49,998 nt of DNA. Origin: a virus (taxonomy: Duplodnaviria > Caudoviricetes). The notes under the pieces were generated by a model. The model saw nothing but the letters and a program-made list of their open reading frames with translations. It did not search any database and was not told the DNA's origin. Below are positions 27,901 to 38,240 of the stretch, in pieces. The stretch spans positions 1 through 49,998 of the IMG/VR virus record IMGVR_UViG_3300032373_000017. One strand, given 5' to 3'. The stretch's first letter is position 1. The number at the start of each line of letters is the position of its first letter. The position numbers were made by a program, and so were the translations under genes.

Positions 27901-30029
27901 CCACTTCCGGTGGCTTATTTTATGGTAAGAAAGGGGATAGGTTAAAAGATGCTAAGGGTATGTCTAGTGATGTAATAGATCCACTAGAAGCTGCTGTACG
28001 AGCAGTGTCTCGTATTAGTAGAGACTCTACAATGAAGCCTTATGTAGATGATTTGAAGAGTAGATTTGTATCTACATATCAACATCTCCTTAGAGACAAG
28101 GGTAGCTTCCCAGCAACTGCTTCTGATATATTTAAGAAGGGTAAAGTAGGTGATCAAGAAGTTATTGATGCAAAAGCTATGTTCCAGCATATAGAAATCC
28201 TTGATGGCTTGTCAACAGGTGCAGGGTTTAGACGTAACTCTATAATCTTAGCTGACTATGCAGAGCGTAAGCTTGGTAAGGTTGGTGATGTTATAGCTAA
28301 GGGTTTGCGTAGTATTGCTGATTCTGATCCAGTTAGCTGGACTAGAGCACGTAACTTTGAACTAAACTTAGCATCCAATCCATTAGCGCAGCTTGTAGTA
28401 CAGCCGTCACAGACGCTGAATATGATTGCTCTAGGGCCTAAGACATTCGTACCAGACTTTAGACGAGGACGGTTGGTTAGTAAGCTTGCTGCTAAAAGAG
28501 CTGATGTAACTAAATCAGATGCGGAGCTAGCTCCTTTAGCTCGTAGCTTATCTATGACTACAGAAGAGCTTAGAGCTGATATACGTAGCTTTAGGCGTAG
28601 TGGTGGTGGAGCAGCTGTAACCTCTCACGAGACAGCTAGAGACGCAGCTAAGCCTTTGTCTAGCGCTGTTAGTGGTAGTCTGGTTAGGCGCGGTGTAAAC
28701 ATCGCTACAACCCCTTACAGGAAGGGTATAGGGTTCTTAGGTAAAGGCTTTGAGCGTGGCGAGAGTATTAACATTGGCGTTCATTGGCAAGTGGCTAAAC
28801 GTAGATGGCAAAAAAAGAATCCTGACTTATCTCCATATACACCAGAAGCGGAATTTGCTATAGCTGGAGAGGCTAGATCTTTATCCTTGAGTATGACTCA
28901 AGCTGGAGACTTAGCTTATCAAAGAGGTATTGCAGCTATCCCAACACAATACTTCGCTGTACAGCATAAGCAGTTAATGCTTATGACCACTTCAAAAGCC
29001 CTAACAAAAGGAGAGAAGTTTAAGGTTGCCGGTGTACAACTTGCAGCTTGGGGGCCAGCAGGTTTAGGTTTGGGAGGCTTACTATCTATGGCAGCCAAAG
29101 AAACAGACTTAGATTTATCTGGAGGTGTAGGGGAGTTTATAGAACAAGGTGTAGCTGAATGGAGTGTAAACAATATGCTCTCGTTAGCGTTCAACGAAGA
29201 TGTAGATCTAGACTTTTCTGCCCGCTTTGCAGCAGCCAGCGGCTTGAACGATAATATTGTTACAGCTATGGGGGAAAGTATGCGGGATGGGGAGATTGGT
29301 GATTTGTGGAAAGCTACTCTAGGCCCAACATCCACCAATGTAAACAGATTTGCAGATGCTTTCACTACAGCATCTACAATTTATAATACAGAGGATAAAA
29401 CATTCCAAGACTTTGGTGTTGGTGTTGATGGACTTCTATCTGTATTCTCTTCATGGAATACAGCCTCGCAAGCTCGTATATATAAGAGTTTAGGTTTCTG
29501 GACTGATAAGAAAGGTAATAAGCTATTCACTCCTAATGACATAGAGATTGTAGCTAAAGGTTTGTTTGGCATCAACCCTTCTAAGCTTGATAAGTTTTAT
29601 GAGATTGAAGGGGATAAGAGGAAACGGCAGGAGAATATTAAAGAGATTGTAGAAGATTATTACACTCATGTTAATAGACTAACCACTAAGTTCCTTGCAG
29701 ACTCTGAAGGTGTTACAGGTGGAGGTTATGATGAGTTGAAGACTAGCTATGAACAACAGCTAAGAGTTAACAATGCCATTATAAATACTCATGCTGAGGA
29801 TGCTCCAGAGATTATGGCAGCCTTACAACGTAAGATTAATTCTAACATTAACAAACTAGGGTTTGATGAATTGACCAGATCACTACAAAAGATGGTTGTA
29901 CAGAATGGTAGAGGCAGCGATGCTAAAGCTATTATAAGAAATGCAGTGAATGCTGGCTTCTTAAAAGAAGAAGAGGTTGATCAATACGAAGCATTCGTAT
30001 CTAAGATGTTAGGAGAGAAGGAGGAATAA
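24948..30029 (+). CDS. Large internal virion (ejection) protein
   Basis: 1693 aa, A-rich helical, in podovirus core module. Confidence 0.8.
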   Translation: MAVDNPNALEETTVKLDEDVNTAVSKGVDLASIEEAVPNSGVQSAVQGSAEDAAEVEAMFPIDPLDSPETYVQEIPITWSDEAASEMGAYTAIANNAADPVAVYDRVMEDLKTIGTSEEFSAAESGIQAQNIENEIEAASSLMTSDLFRNDPSLKEAVAKQLQIAIQEAKAFAIADETTLQISDGGVVDAEEGNDTAVAIKSNQKLADRLATTAKIKGLVAESADAAFSWSAQTGLDLLGTLVSVNDANSYANLLNHLEIKWAGLEVLAPGEMLDSVREYAAALPMQEKYELALSMQEFLSQNAGVLDTNAVQAVNMMSSVFNDYIGGDVDGFDWDRWLINVGPTLDLLTIGAFSAVKHAVTAPIKMAKLSRLNRTQAANPTAAAEAVEVAMKDTKTAEMLGTTKEELLVKNATPKLDGWKEAQTPSVVSNAVKRAEDEVELLKEAGGVEDIIAASRGKKEALKELEDLQAKSKGHNLWLADTELVGEVGKPWITRALVGKSKGWGFASKDEAKKILTDTYKGAGVILTRTNRIDGVEEIVEAGQSVAKATKQLIHNLEKAKGTKLPRGEEKALRKELAALQAEVKALKPTTPTSAAGTKASQEAAATEAKIGQRSVEPLEREIAEIESMLDQSTQGARAEANISRLHQGQIDKLDKDVKAQFDKLTADKKVQEAKPSEENLEYFIKVESKGDIKFSDDTVQNSWFAQHGSWLFDADSKFAKELSQLGNAVFDKWKFLEKEMLHDLDSFAKLSGKEQAALSRVLARGAEEERLFTPAFLRREGFSQKAIDAYADFRRAMDKAFTLENRIHRKGLTSDGMVYIKGEEYDSFARPLSATQASGVRQAYNPITKTIESVDVAALYKNGQQIGQLKSTQMLDGVGTNYVKLDGIEVRDLPEITLSYNQGWLPRTNRSNYFITKDTEVVVDGAKQTRSSTVGVAHSLKDAEARAATLQESAEAGVTFGQKHDRELTAQADFAQNLHELYSTSGGLFYGKKGDRLKDAKGMSSDVIDPLEAAVRAVSRISRDSTMKPYVDDLKSRFVSTYQHLLRDKGSFPATASDIFKKGKVGDQEVIDAKAMFQHIEILDGLSTGAGFRRNSIILADYAERKLGKVGDVIAKGLRSIADSDPVSWTRARNFELNLASNPLAQLVVQPSQTLNMIALGPKTFVPDFRRGRLVSKLAAKRADVTKSDAELAPLARSLSMTTEELRADIRSFRRSGGGAAVTSHETARDAAKPLSSAVSGSLVRRGVNIATTPYRKGIGFLGKGFERGESINIGVHWQVAKRRWQKKNPDLSPYTPEAEFAIAGEARSLSLSMTQAGDLAYQRGIAAIPTQYFAVQHKQLMLMTTSKALTKGEKFKVAGVQLAAWGPAGLGLGGLLSMAAKETDLDLSGGVGEFIEQGVAEWSVNNMLSLAFNEDVDLDFSARFAAASGLNDNIVTAMGESMRDGEIGDLWKATLGPTSTNVNRFADAFTTASTIYNTEDKTFQDFGVGVDGLLSVFSSWNTASQARIYKSLGFWTDKKGNKLFTPNDIEIVAKGLFGINPSKLDKFYEIEGDKRKRQENIKEIVEDYYTHVNRLTTKFLADSEGVTGGGYDELKTSYEQQLRVNNAIINTHAEDAPEIMAALQRKINSNINKLGFDELTRSLQKMVVQNGRGSDAKAIIRNAVNAGFLKEEEVDQYEAFVSKMLGEKEE

Positions 30030-30030
30030 G

Positions 30031-31806
30031 ATGGCTAAAACTACAGCTTCATTGCAAGCACCAGACACTAGATTTTCTAGACCCACCTCCCCTGTACAAG
30101 ACACTAGTGTAGCCAGCGCCATAACAGGTGCTGGTAAGGCTATAGCCACAGGGGTGGAGTTGAAGCAGAGCTTTGATAAACAAGCTGCTGCTGACGCACA
30201 GCTAGGTAGGGAGAGTGCTTTACGTACAGAGCTTACAGAGTTTTCTGATGATGTTATAACAGCAGCTGCTCAGAAGTCATTAGATGGCTTCCAGAGGGAT
30301 GTTAATAAGTTTGCAAATCTATCAGAGACAGAAACTAAGATTAGGACAGAGGCTATATTGCGTAAGCATGTAGCTTCCGACCCTGCTAATGCTCAGAAAT
30401 ATCGTACTATAGCTGGTAGTGTGTTAGGGTTTGATCCTACTGGAGAAACTCTAGCTGCTGTATTCTCACAGCAAGAAGCTACAGCTAATGTTAATGCACA
30501 ACTTAAGAAGCAATATCTAGCTCTTGGTGGGGATATAAACACTTGGGGTACACCACAATCAACGGAATGGTTTAGGCGGAACAGTGCTTTTAATGCCAAA
30601 CTGAAAGAACAGACACGAGAGTTAGAGTTTGCTAAACAAACAAATCAACTATCTGGACTAAGCGCTCATAAGGAGCTTAGGACATGGAGTAAGAATAGTT
30701 CTGGTTCAGCTAATGCTAATGCCTTAGGTATGGTGCAAGGAGTTTTTAATAAACCTTTAACACAGATAACAGATAAGGATATAGCAACAGTAGAGCCTGA
30801 AGTTCTGCAATCTCTAATACAAGATATTACAGAGCAGAAATTTTCTACTAGACAGCAAGCTACAGAGAGATTTTTAGGCTTTGGAGATATTAGTAATACA
30901 GATATTGAGGATGCTGTACAAACAACTACAGATCAGCTAGACTTTATACTAAATCGCTTATCTCTAAATAATACGCAGCAAGAAGCTGCTAATAGAATTA
31001 AACTTAACAATTCTATTACAGAAGCAGGTTTGTGGCAAGATGAGAAGACTAAACCCTTCTTAACAATGCAGACATTCTTTCCAGATGTACCTCTTCCTAT
31101 AGAAGCTAATTCTGTTTTATTTGATGCAATTTCACCAGTGTTAAACGGTAAGATTGTAGATGGAATTATAGCAGAAGAACAGGAAGCTAGAAAGAAAGGT
31201 GTTACATTCTATAAGGCTATAATCAAAGGTATAGGGGAGACTGGTGTTTTAGATGATGCGCAAAGGGAGAATGCTGCTAAGTTTTTTAGAGGATTGAGTA
31301 GGAGCAGTGTAGCCACAGCTAATGACATGAGTCAATCTCAAAAAGATGGTTTGATGGAAGTGCTACAAGTTCCACAACTTGCTACGATGTTACAGCAGAT
31401 TCCAGAAAGTGCTGGAGATGCACAGAACTTAAGCTTTATAGCACAAGACTATACATTTAAAACACTGCTAGCTGCATCAGCAGACTTACGTAGGCAATTC
31501 CGTCTACCAGCTCAATTTAGAACTTTAGGTAAACAAGAGACTAATAAAGTAAGTAATCTTGTAACACTAACAACTACGCCTAAGGGTTTTAAGATTGTAC
31601 CAAAGAATAGAACAGAAGGGGCTAGACTCACAGCTTCTCTCTTTAATGAGAGGTATATAACAAGACTTAATAAGTCTATAAGAGCTACAGCTAACCTTGA
31701 TGGAGAGAGTGTAGAGAGTACAATGCAAGCATTGCTTAATAGTGAAGAGTTTACAGAGATGGAAGATATAACAGCACTTATGCCAGTGGCAGGGGATGAA
31801 GAATAA
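30031..31806 (+). CDS. Internal virion (ejection) protein
   Basis: 591 aa, helical, A/Q-rich. Confidence 0.7.
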   Translation: MAKTTASLQAPDTRFSRPTSPVQDTSVASAITGAGKAIATGVELKQSFDKQAAADAQLGRESALRTELTEFSDDVITAAAQKSLDGFQRDVNKFANLSETETKIRTEAILRKHVASDPANAQKYRTIAGSVLGFDPTGETLAAVFSQQEATANVNAQLKKQYLALGGDINTWGTPQSTEWFRRNSAFNAKLKEQTRELEFAKQTNQLSGLSAHKELRTWSKNSSGSANANALGMVQGVFNKPLTQITDKDIATVEPEVLQSLIQDITEQKFSTRQQATERFLGFGDISNTDIEDAVQTTTDQLDFILNRLSLNNTQQEAANRIKLNNSITEAGLWQDEKTKPFLTMQTFFPDVPLPIEANSVLFDAISPVLNGKIVDGIIAEEQEARKKGVTFYKAIIKGIGETGVLDDAQRENAAKFFRGLSRSSVATANDMSQSQKDGLMEVLQVPQLATMLQQIPESAGDAQNLSFIAQDYTFKTLLAASADLRRQFRLPAQFRTLGKQETNKVSNLVTLTTTPKGFKIVPKNRTEGARLTASLFNERYITRLNKSIRATANLDGESVESTMQALLNSEEFTEMEDITALMPVAGDEE

Positions 31807-33971
31807 TGGCTAAAATTGTATTAGATAATATAGCCACCGGCTTTGGTGGTACTGTTAAAACTAACAGTAATAATGATAAGGTTGAGGCAGAGTTTCAAGA
31901 TAAAGTTTTATACAGAGACAACCCTGTAGGTGAACCTAATCAGATGATGCAAGAGTTGGATATGAATTCCAATCGCATTATAAACTTGGCTGATGGAGTG
32001 CAGGCTAGTGATGCAGCTACTTTTGCACAACTTAACGCTGCCATCTCTGCTAACAGCACAGGTCTTATAGCTTCTCAAATAGAGACTCAGTATGGTGCGG
32101 CTGCTGTAGCAAACGTATTCACATTCGCAGGGATAGTATACCTCCCCGGTGCTAATAACCTAGAAGTGTACAGGAACGGTTTAAGGTTAGGTAAGACTAT
32201 AGATTACTCAGAGACTTCTGCTAGTTCTATAACTCTGACATTTACTCCTAATGCCACAGACAGGTTTGACTTCCGTACTAACACAGCTACCTCCACTAAT
32301 ACTGGGAGTACTGATGCTATTATTCATGCAGAGTATGGAGTTGTATCAAATAACTTAGCTAAGTACATCCAGAACAGGCATGTAGTTAATGTTAAGGACG
32401 AGCCCTTCGGTGCTCTAGGTGATGGTGTGACTGATGATACAGCAGCTATTCAGCTAGCTCTGAATACTGGACTAGATATTATTATACCTTCTGGAACTTA
32501 CTTAGTATCTACTACATTAAACTTCTCAGCTGAAGGTCAGTCTTTGATAGGACAAGGATCACCCACCCTTAAGTCTAATGGCTTAGTAGTTGCAAATCCT
32601 AATGGTGGAGATCCCGTCCCCATCCTACAGTCTGTTAACCTCAGTGATATAGAAGTTGCTGGTATTACTTTCGATTGTAATGCAGAGACTCTTGGAGGTT
32701 TTAGAGCTACACTTAACAGCCCAACAGCTGATCATAAGAACATAAAGGTTCATGATTGTTCTTTCCTTAATACATTGGAGGTCTTCGACGCTGCTACAGG
32801 TCTCATACCTACTGGCAATTCTTTTGTAGGGGCGATTACAGTAGATAACAGGCAAGGTGCCTCTTTCACTTATAAGATTAAAGGGGTCTCTCTATATAAT
32901 AATACCTTTGACAATAAACCTATTGGGGGAGGTTCATCGCATGGATGTGTAGTTACTTATGCGGAGGATGTCTCATTCGTAGACAACACTGTACTAAGCG
33001 GTGGCTTTCATGGGATGGAAGCAGTCGAATGTATTGATGTTGTAATAAGTAGGAATCATGTGGAAGACTGTTTCCAATCTGCTCTAGGTGTTGGGACTTT
33101 TGTTAAGAACTTCACCATCTCAGATAATGTATGCAGAAATTGTAGCGGTGATGGTGTTATTACTGTAGAGCATAATTCTATAAATGGAGTTGTGTCAGGC
33201 AACTTAATAGAGGACGCTATCAACCAAGGCATTAATGTATCTTATGGAACTGGTGGAGCTTCTCCATTCAATGAAGTTAATAATATTATAGTAGCTTCGA
33301 ATGTGATTAAGGCTCTGTCTACTGCTGAAGGTAAGATTGGTATTAATGCTTACTCTAGTACAGGCGGCAATATAGGCACAGGATTATCTCTTAAGGACAA
33401 TGTACTAGACGGGTTTGCTACAGGCATTGAATGCTCATGGTTAGACTTCGGACAAGTAACTGGTAATACAGTTAGACGCTTTGGTTTGGTCAGTGTCGGC
33501 AGACCTAATAAGACTTTCATACAGCTCACTGGTTGCGACAAGATTGTTGTAGATGGCAATATCTGTGAACAAGAAGTGACTGAACATGCTATTGTTATAG
33601 ATACCTCTTTAGTCTCAAACTCAAGAATCAATGTTGTTAACAACATTATACAATCAGCTACTGCGGGAGCGCTTGTACGTAAGATAGGTTCTGGGGAATT
33701 TAAGGTTGCTGGTAATACTACCTTCGGGGCTATTAACTATGTTAGCTGTGACGGAACTCAGAGTATACGTATGGCAATCAATGATGGCCCACTGTCAGGG
33801 CAGCCTCTGGTAGGCGGCACTCTTAAGGGGTATGTAGAAGGTACAGGAACTCCTGAAGGCGTTGTTGCGGCATTTGTAGGCTCTACATACGGCAGACTTG
33901 ATGGAGGTGCAGCAACTTCTTTCTATGTCAAAGAGGTTGGTTCTGGGGACACAGGTTGGGTAGCTAAGTAG
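31806..33971 (+). CDS. Tailspike/tail fibre with beta-helix depolymerase domain
   Basis: N-terminal anchor (LDMNSNRIINL), FGALGDGVTDDTAAIQ, parallel beta-helix repeats. Confidence 0.88.
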   Translation: MAKIVLDNIATGFGGTVKTNSNNDKVEAEFQDKVLYRDNPVGEPNQMMQELDMNSNRIINLADGVQASDAATFAQLNAAISANSTGLIASQIETQYGAAAVANVFTFAGIVYLPGANNLEVYRNGLRLGKTIDYSETSASSITLTFTPNATDRFDFRTNTATSTNTGSTDAIIHAEYGVVSNNLAKYIQNRHVVNVKDEPFGALGDGVTDDTAAIQLALNTGLDIIIPSGTYLVSTTLNFSAEGQSLIGQGSPTLKSNGLVVANPNGGDPVPILQSVNLSDIEVAGITFDCNAETLGGFRATLNSPTADHKNIKVHDCSFLNTLEVFDAATGLIPTGNSFVGAITVDNRQGASFTYKIKGVSLYNNTFDNKPIGGGSSHGCVVTYAEDVSFVDNTVLSGGFHGMEAVECIDVVISRNHVEDCFQSALGVGTFVKNFTISDNVCRNCSGDGVITVEHNSINGVVSGNLIEDAINQGINVSYGTGGASPFNEVNNIIVASNVIKALSTAEGKIGINAYSSTGGNIGTGLSLKDNVLDGFATGIECSWLDFGQVTGNTVRRFGLVSVGRPNKTFIQLTGCDKIVVDGNICEQEVTEHAIVIDTSLVSNSRINVVNNIIQSATAGALVRKIGSGEFKVAGNTTFGAINYVSCDGTQSIRMAINDGPLSGQPLVGGTLKGYVEGTGTPEGVVAAFVGSTYGRLDGGAATSFYVKEVGSGDTGWVAK

Positions 33972-33979
33972 GAGGTTGT

Positions 33980-34066
33980 ATGGCCAAGATAAAGATAAAC
34001 ACTAAACAGCTATTCTTAGAACGGCTAGAGATTAAACATTGTGAATATAAGGGATTAAGTATATGA
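33980..34066 (+). CDS. 28-aa ORF, possible gene remnant
   Basis: Strong GGAGG RBS; ATGA overlap with the next tailspike. Confidence 0.4.
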   Translation: MAKIKINTKQLFLERLEIKHCEYKGLSI

Positions 34067-35802
34067 CTACAAAATTAGCACAAGATCAGATCGAGGGATT
34101 TGAATCTAATATTAAATCCTTTGGAGCAGTTGCCGACTGGGACGGCCTTGTTGGGACAGATAATACAGCGGCTATACAAGAGGCTATAGACTTTGGAGAT
34201 CCTGTATATATCCCTGAAGGAGACTTTGCTTTCGGCTCTAAGATAACAAACCCAGATATGGTTCCTATTCATGGGCCAGGAAGACTGTACTTCACAGGCT
34301 CAGGCGAGCACGCATTCGTCTTCGGTGCAGCAGATGGATTTAGTCATGTTTACAACAGTACCATGCAAAGCAATATCTACCTTGAGAGAGCCACCAAGGA
34401 TTGGACTGATCAGTTTGGTGGTGTGTGTTTATTCAATACTGAAGGGCATCAGTTAACTATACATTCAAGAAAATTCTATTACCCTATTTACCTGCAAGGA
34501 TTTGATAAAGGCTGTACGTTCAATAACTATTATATTAAGTTAGCTGGAGATGGCGTGTCTCAGATTCTTATGCATGCTAATGGCACAAATGGCTGGGTTA
34601 ATCAGAATAATATTTATGGCGGAAGGCTCTTTACTGAAAGCACCTCTACCTCAGCATCTAATATCAGTGGTATAGAGTTTAAGACTGACTCGGTATCTAT
34701 TATCAACGGTAACACTTTTTATAATCCTTCCTTTGAGTTGTACAATATAGGGGCAGGAGTTACGCAGTGCTTTAAAGGGTCTGGTAATATAGCGTCTGGA
34801 ATAATTGCTATTGAGAATAAGTTAGTTAGTGGGAGAATAGAACTCACAGACTATGTTTTGGGAGGAAATGGGGTTTCACAGAATGACTTTGATTTTGCAG
34901 CTACCGAATACTCTCCCTCTTCAGCAGATACTATTCTAAATCCTGATGATAATGCCTCAAGGTTAGAATTGATACAGAATGATTTTGACTTGTTAACTGG
35001 AAGGTTAGGTCTTGACGAACCTAAAACTATAGCATCTTTGAATAAAACAAACATGGTTACGCAGCAACCCGGAGGCGCTGAACTAGGTTGTAAGCCAGCT
35101 AGAGGATGTATATACAAGGCATCAACGATAGACAATTTTGTATTCCATGATGCATCTATTGGACTAAAGCATGATTCAATTACAAATAGCTCAAGCAGTG
35201 TTATTGTTGGCTTTCTTTTAGACCTTCGTAATGTTAACGAGGACTACACAGCAACAGTTAATCTTAAGGCTATCACAAATTCTGCTGGAGGTAGATTCGC
35301 AGTAGCTTGCTACGATGCTTCCTATAATCTACTAGAAGTCTCTAACGTACATACAAACATGAACTTTTTCTCGGGAAACGGCTTGTTCAGTTCTGGGGAG
35401 GACATGACACTAGGAGCAAGTGAACAGCAACTGGCGTTTGGGTCTGGAGTTTCTTATGCAATTGTTGGAGTGGCTGGGGGCGCTACACCCTCTCCTGGAA
35501 GTGTATCCACGTCAGCAGACATAAGATCCTTAGAAATATTTGCGTATGGTAGAGCAGATATAAGTATTTGTTATGACCAACAAGCAGTGGCAGGTATCGG
35601 GGTCACGACAGTGAATAGCGTAGCAGTTGCACCTATCATTGATACAGATACCCCCCTAGCCACACAAGCGCCTCTTGCACCAGTTGCGGGCAACAGTTAC
35701 CCAGTAGGGTTAGATGTAATAAATGCTGATCCTGTTACAACAGAGGCTTCTGGGTGGGTTCGTGGTACAGGGACTTGGTTAGCTAAAGCAGCGTTAACAT
35801 AG
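34063..35802 (+). CDS. Second tailspike, lacking a tail anchor
   Basis: IKSFGAVADWDG..GTDNTAAIQ within the first 40 aa; beta-helix-like body. Confidence 0.8.
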   Translation: MTTKLAQDQIEGFESNIKSFGAVADWDGLVGTDNTAAIQEAIDFGDPVYIPEGDFAFGSKITNPDMVPIHGPGRLYFTGSGEHAFVFGAADGFSHVYNSTMQSNIYLERATKDWTDQFGGVCLFNTEGHQLTIHSRKFYYPIYLQGFDKGCTFNNYYIKLAGDGVSQILMHANGTNGWVNQNNIYGGRLFTESTSTSASNISGIEFKTDSVSIINGNTFYNPSFELYNIGAGVTQCFKGSGNIASGIIAIENKLVSGRIELTDYVLGGNGVSQNDFDFAATEYSPSSADTILNPDDNASRLELIQNDFDLLTGRLGLDEPKTIASLNKTNMVTQQPGGAELGCKPARGCIYKASTIDNFVFHDASIGLKHDSITNSSSSVIVGFLLDLRNVNEDYTATVNLKAITNSAGGRFAVACYDASYNLLEVSNVHTNMNFFSGNGLFSSGEDMTLGASEQQLAFGSGVSYAIVGVAGGATPSPGSVSTSADIRSLEIFAYGRADISICYDQQAVAGIGVTTVNSVAVAPIIDTDTPLATQAPLAPVAGNSYPVGLDVINADPVTTEASGWVRGTGTWLAKAALT

Positions 35803-35844
35803 GAACTACTATGTCTTTTAGAAGACTGACAAAGTGGTGTAAAT

Positions 35845-35874
35845 AAAGGGGCCTTAGAGCCCCTTTTCTATTTT
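35845..35874. terminator. Bidirectional terminator between convergent arms
   Basis: AAAGGGGC-CTTAGA-GCCCCTTT flanked by A and T tracts. Confidence 0.8.
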
Positions 35875-36292
35875 AGAAAACAGCGTAAGAGTTGGTTCGC
35901 CATTGATCGGCTAACTCATGCGCCCTCCCTCCAACTTGATGCGCCCATTTAGAGTCCATCATCTCATAACAAACCTGATCAACATCATAATCTTCTATAG
36001 CCTTTATCATACGTTTGAATTTCTTAAATCCTTCCAACCCTAGATTAAATACCATATTAGTTATGACATCTCTACGTACGTCTGGAAGACGTCTATACCA
36101 ATCAAACTCTGTCAATAGCTTTAGTTGTATCTGACTAACTTGGGCTACAAGGATTGCTTCTGCAACCCTTTCATCTATACCACTCTCAAGATTACAGCCA
36201 TAGCCTATCGTAAGAACCCCTTCGGAGCACTCGTAAGGGTGTGATCGAAACCCCTCATGACGCTTTAATTGCTCATGTACACTCATTGTCAT
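35873..36292 (-). CDS. Endolysin, T4-like lysozyme (GH24)
   Basis: HEG...Y.CSEG..TIGYG, NMVFNLG, SKWAHQVGGRA. Confidence 0.9.
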   Translation of the reverse strand: MTMSVHEQLKRHEGFRSHPYECSEGVLTIGYGCNLESGIDERVAEAILVAQVSQIQLKLLTEFDWYRRLPDVRRDVITNMVFNLGLEGFKKFKRMIKAIEDYDVDQVCYEMMDSKWAHQVGGRAHELADQWRTNSYAVF

Positions 36293-36310
36293 ACTACTTA
36301 CACTCCTGCT

Positions 36311-38017
36311 CTATGAGCATTCTTTTTGGCCTGTTGTGGCATCAATAAAGCACGCCTTCGCGCTGCTATCTTCCTCTTCTGCTTTGCTACTCTTCTCAAC
36401 TAGCACTCCATAACGCTTACCGCCAGAATTAAATGTAGTACAACCTTTACATCCCATCTCCCATGCCTGTATGTAGATATTCTTAAACTCTTTCCAAGGC
36501 ATATCAGGTGAGACATTAATAGTCTTACTAACTGCTGAGTCTACATAGCGGCTGGCGATAGCTAGCACATCAAGATGTTCTTGTGCTGTACACTCATTAG
36601 CAGTTTTACCTTTTAAGTTGTAGAACTTATAATTATAATCCTTAACCTCCTCTACGATAGGGCCATCTTCAGTCTGTATAGTTCTGTCATAGCTATGACT
36701 AAACAGTGGCTCTAAGCCGCCACTTACGTTGTCAGCTGTTAGACTAATAGTTCCTGTAGGTGCTATAGATAAGATGTGGCTATTACGTATCCCATATTTC
36801 TTAATAAGCTCTTGTACATCAGGAGATAGTGTGGCAATAAACTTACCCTTTAAATACCGCTCATCATATAAGGGGAAAGCTCCTTTCTCTTTTGCAAGAA
36901 GTGCTGAAGCACGATAGCTCTCATCACGTAACACTTGCAATATGCTCTCAAACATATTATTAAATTCTGGAGTACCGTAAGGAAATCCTATAAGTTCTAT
37001 AGCATTAGCAACCCCTGTAAATCCCAAACCCATCCTACGTTTAGCCTTACTCTCTTCAGCCTGTTGCTGTAGAGGGAACACCGTATTATCATGTATGTTG
37101 TCCATAGCTCTAGTGACTACAGCTATATCTTTAATAAACTCCTCAAAGTTAAATCCATTCGGATCTGCATACTTAGTTAAGTTGTAGCTGCCTAACAAAC
37201 AAGCACCATAAGGTGGTAGGGGCTGCTCTCCGCAAGGGTTTGTAGCTGCTATCTCTTCACAATAATAAAGATTATTCATCTCATTAATTCGATCTAAGAA
37301 TAACACTCCGGGCTCTGCCCAATCCCACGTACTACGCATAATCATTTCCCACAACGTGGGTGCATGTACTTGTTTATACCTCCTACCTTCAAACACTAAG
37401 TCAAACATTGCATCGTTCTTTAACGCTTCCATAAATTTATCGGTTATACCAATAGAGATATTAAAAGCTGTTAAGTCTGTAGAGTTTTGTTTAGCGTGTA
37501 TAAACTCTTCAATATCTGGATGATCTACACGTAACACTCCCATCTGCGCACCACGGCGCTGACCAGCACTACTAATAGTTTGACATATACTATCGTATAT
37601 ACGCATGAAAGATACAGGGCCAGACGAGTTACTGCCTAAAGTAGTGATTAGTGATCCTTTAGGTCGTATTACAGAGAAGTCATACCCTATACCACCTCCC
37701 TTACGCATTGTCTGTCCACTCTCTTTAGCTTTATCCATAATACCATCAAAGCTATCTTCAATAGTACCAGAGACAAAACAATTAAAAGCTGTAACAGCGT
37801 GAGGGCTTCCCACAGCAAGCTGTGTCCTACCGCCTCCCATAAACTTCTGCTCTAGCAGGATTTTACGTAAAGCACGAAAATGCTCTTCATTATCTGCTAA
37901 TGTACCCGCAAATCTATTCTGAGCTTCTACAAAGCTCTCCCCTTCACTCCTATATTTTAAAGCATGAAGTTCTTTTGATATTCTAATTGTAGGGCCATAC
38001 TCTTTAGTCTTATCCAA
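36311..38017 (-). CDS. nrdJ: Ribonucleotide reductase, class II (B12-dependent) type
   Basis: FNCFV, GGGIG, TNPCGEQ, CLLGS, APTGT, SAVSKTIN; C-terminal Cys pair; no nrdB-like gene present. Confidence 0.85.
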   Translation of the reverse strand: MDKTKEYGPTIRISKELHALKYRSEGESFVEAQNRFAGTLADNEEHFRALRKILLEQKFMGGGRTQLAVGSPHAVTAFNCFVSGTIEDSFDGIMDKAKESGQTMRKGGGIGYDFSVIRPKGSLITTLGSNSSGPVSFMRIYDSICQTISSAGQRRGAQMGVLRVDHPDIEEFIHAKQNSTDLTAFNISIGITDKFMEALKNDAMFDLVFEGRRYKQVHAPTLWEMIMRSTWDWAEPGVLFLDRINEMNNLYYCEEIAATNPCGEQPLPPYGACLLGSYNLTKYADPNGFNFEEFIKDIAVVTRAMDNIHDNTVFPLQQQAEESKAKRRMGLGFTGVANAIELIGFPYGTPEFNNMFESILQVLRDESYRASALLAKEKGAFPLYDERYLKGKFIATLSPDVQELIKKYGIRNSHILSIAPTGTISLTADNVSGGLEPLFSHSYDRTIQTEDGPIVEEVKDYNYKFYNLKGKTANECTAQEHLDVLAIASRYVDSAVSKTINVSPDMPWKEFKNIYIQAWEMGCKGCTTFNSGGKRYGVLVEKSSKAEEEDSSAKACFIDATTGQKECS

Positions 38018-38240
38018 TTGCTTTTGTTTCCTCTTGTAAGGAAGATAGCCACTGTGTATAGTTAGCTGCCTTCTCTAAGTCTCTTTTGTATGTACCTTTA
38101 TGGTTAGCTCTAAGTGTATACTTAATGCTATTACCTAATAGATACCCTTCAAACTGTTCTGGTGTAAGCTTAGCTTGGATTACATCCAACACTTCTATAC
38201 CTCCTACATCATAGTAGGAGGAGTTTATATCTCTACTCAC
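38010..38240 (-). CDS. DUF3310 family (T7 gp1.7-like) protein
   Basis: YY..GGIE.LDVI...GYLLGNSIKY..R...KG...DLEKA. Confidence 0.85.
   Translation of the reverse strand: MSRDINSSYYDVGGIEVLDVIQAKLTPEQFEGYLLGNSIKYTLRANHKGTYKRDLEKAANYTQWLSSLQEETKAIG

Noticed and set aside
6824-35135. Many 60-160 aa minus-strand ORFs within the structural arm
   Set aside because: Antisense shadows of long genes without RBS or motifs
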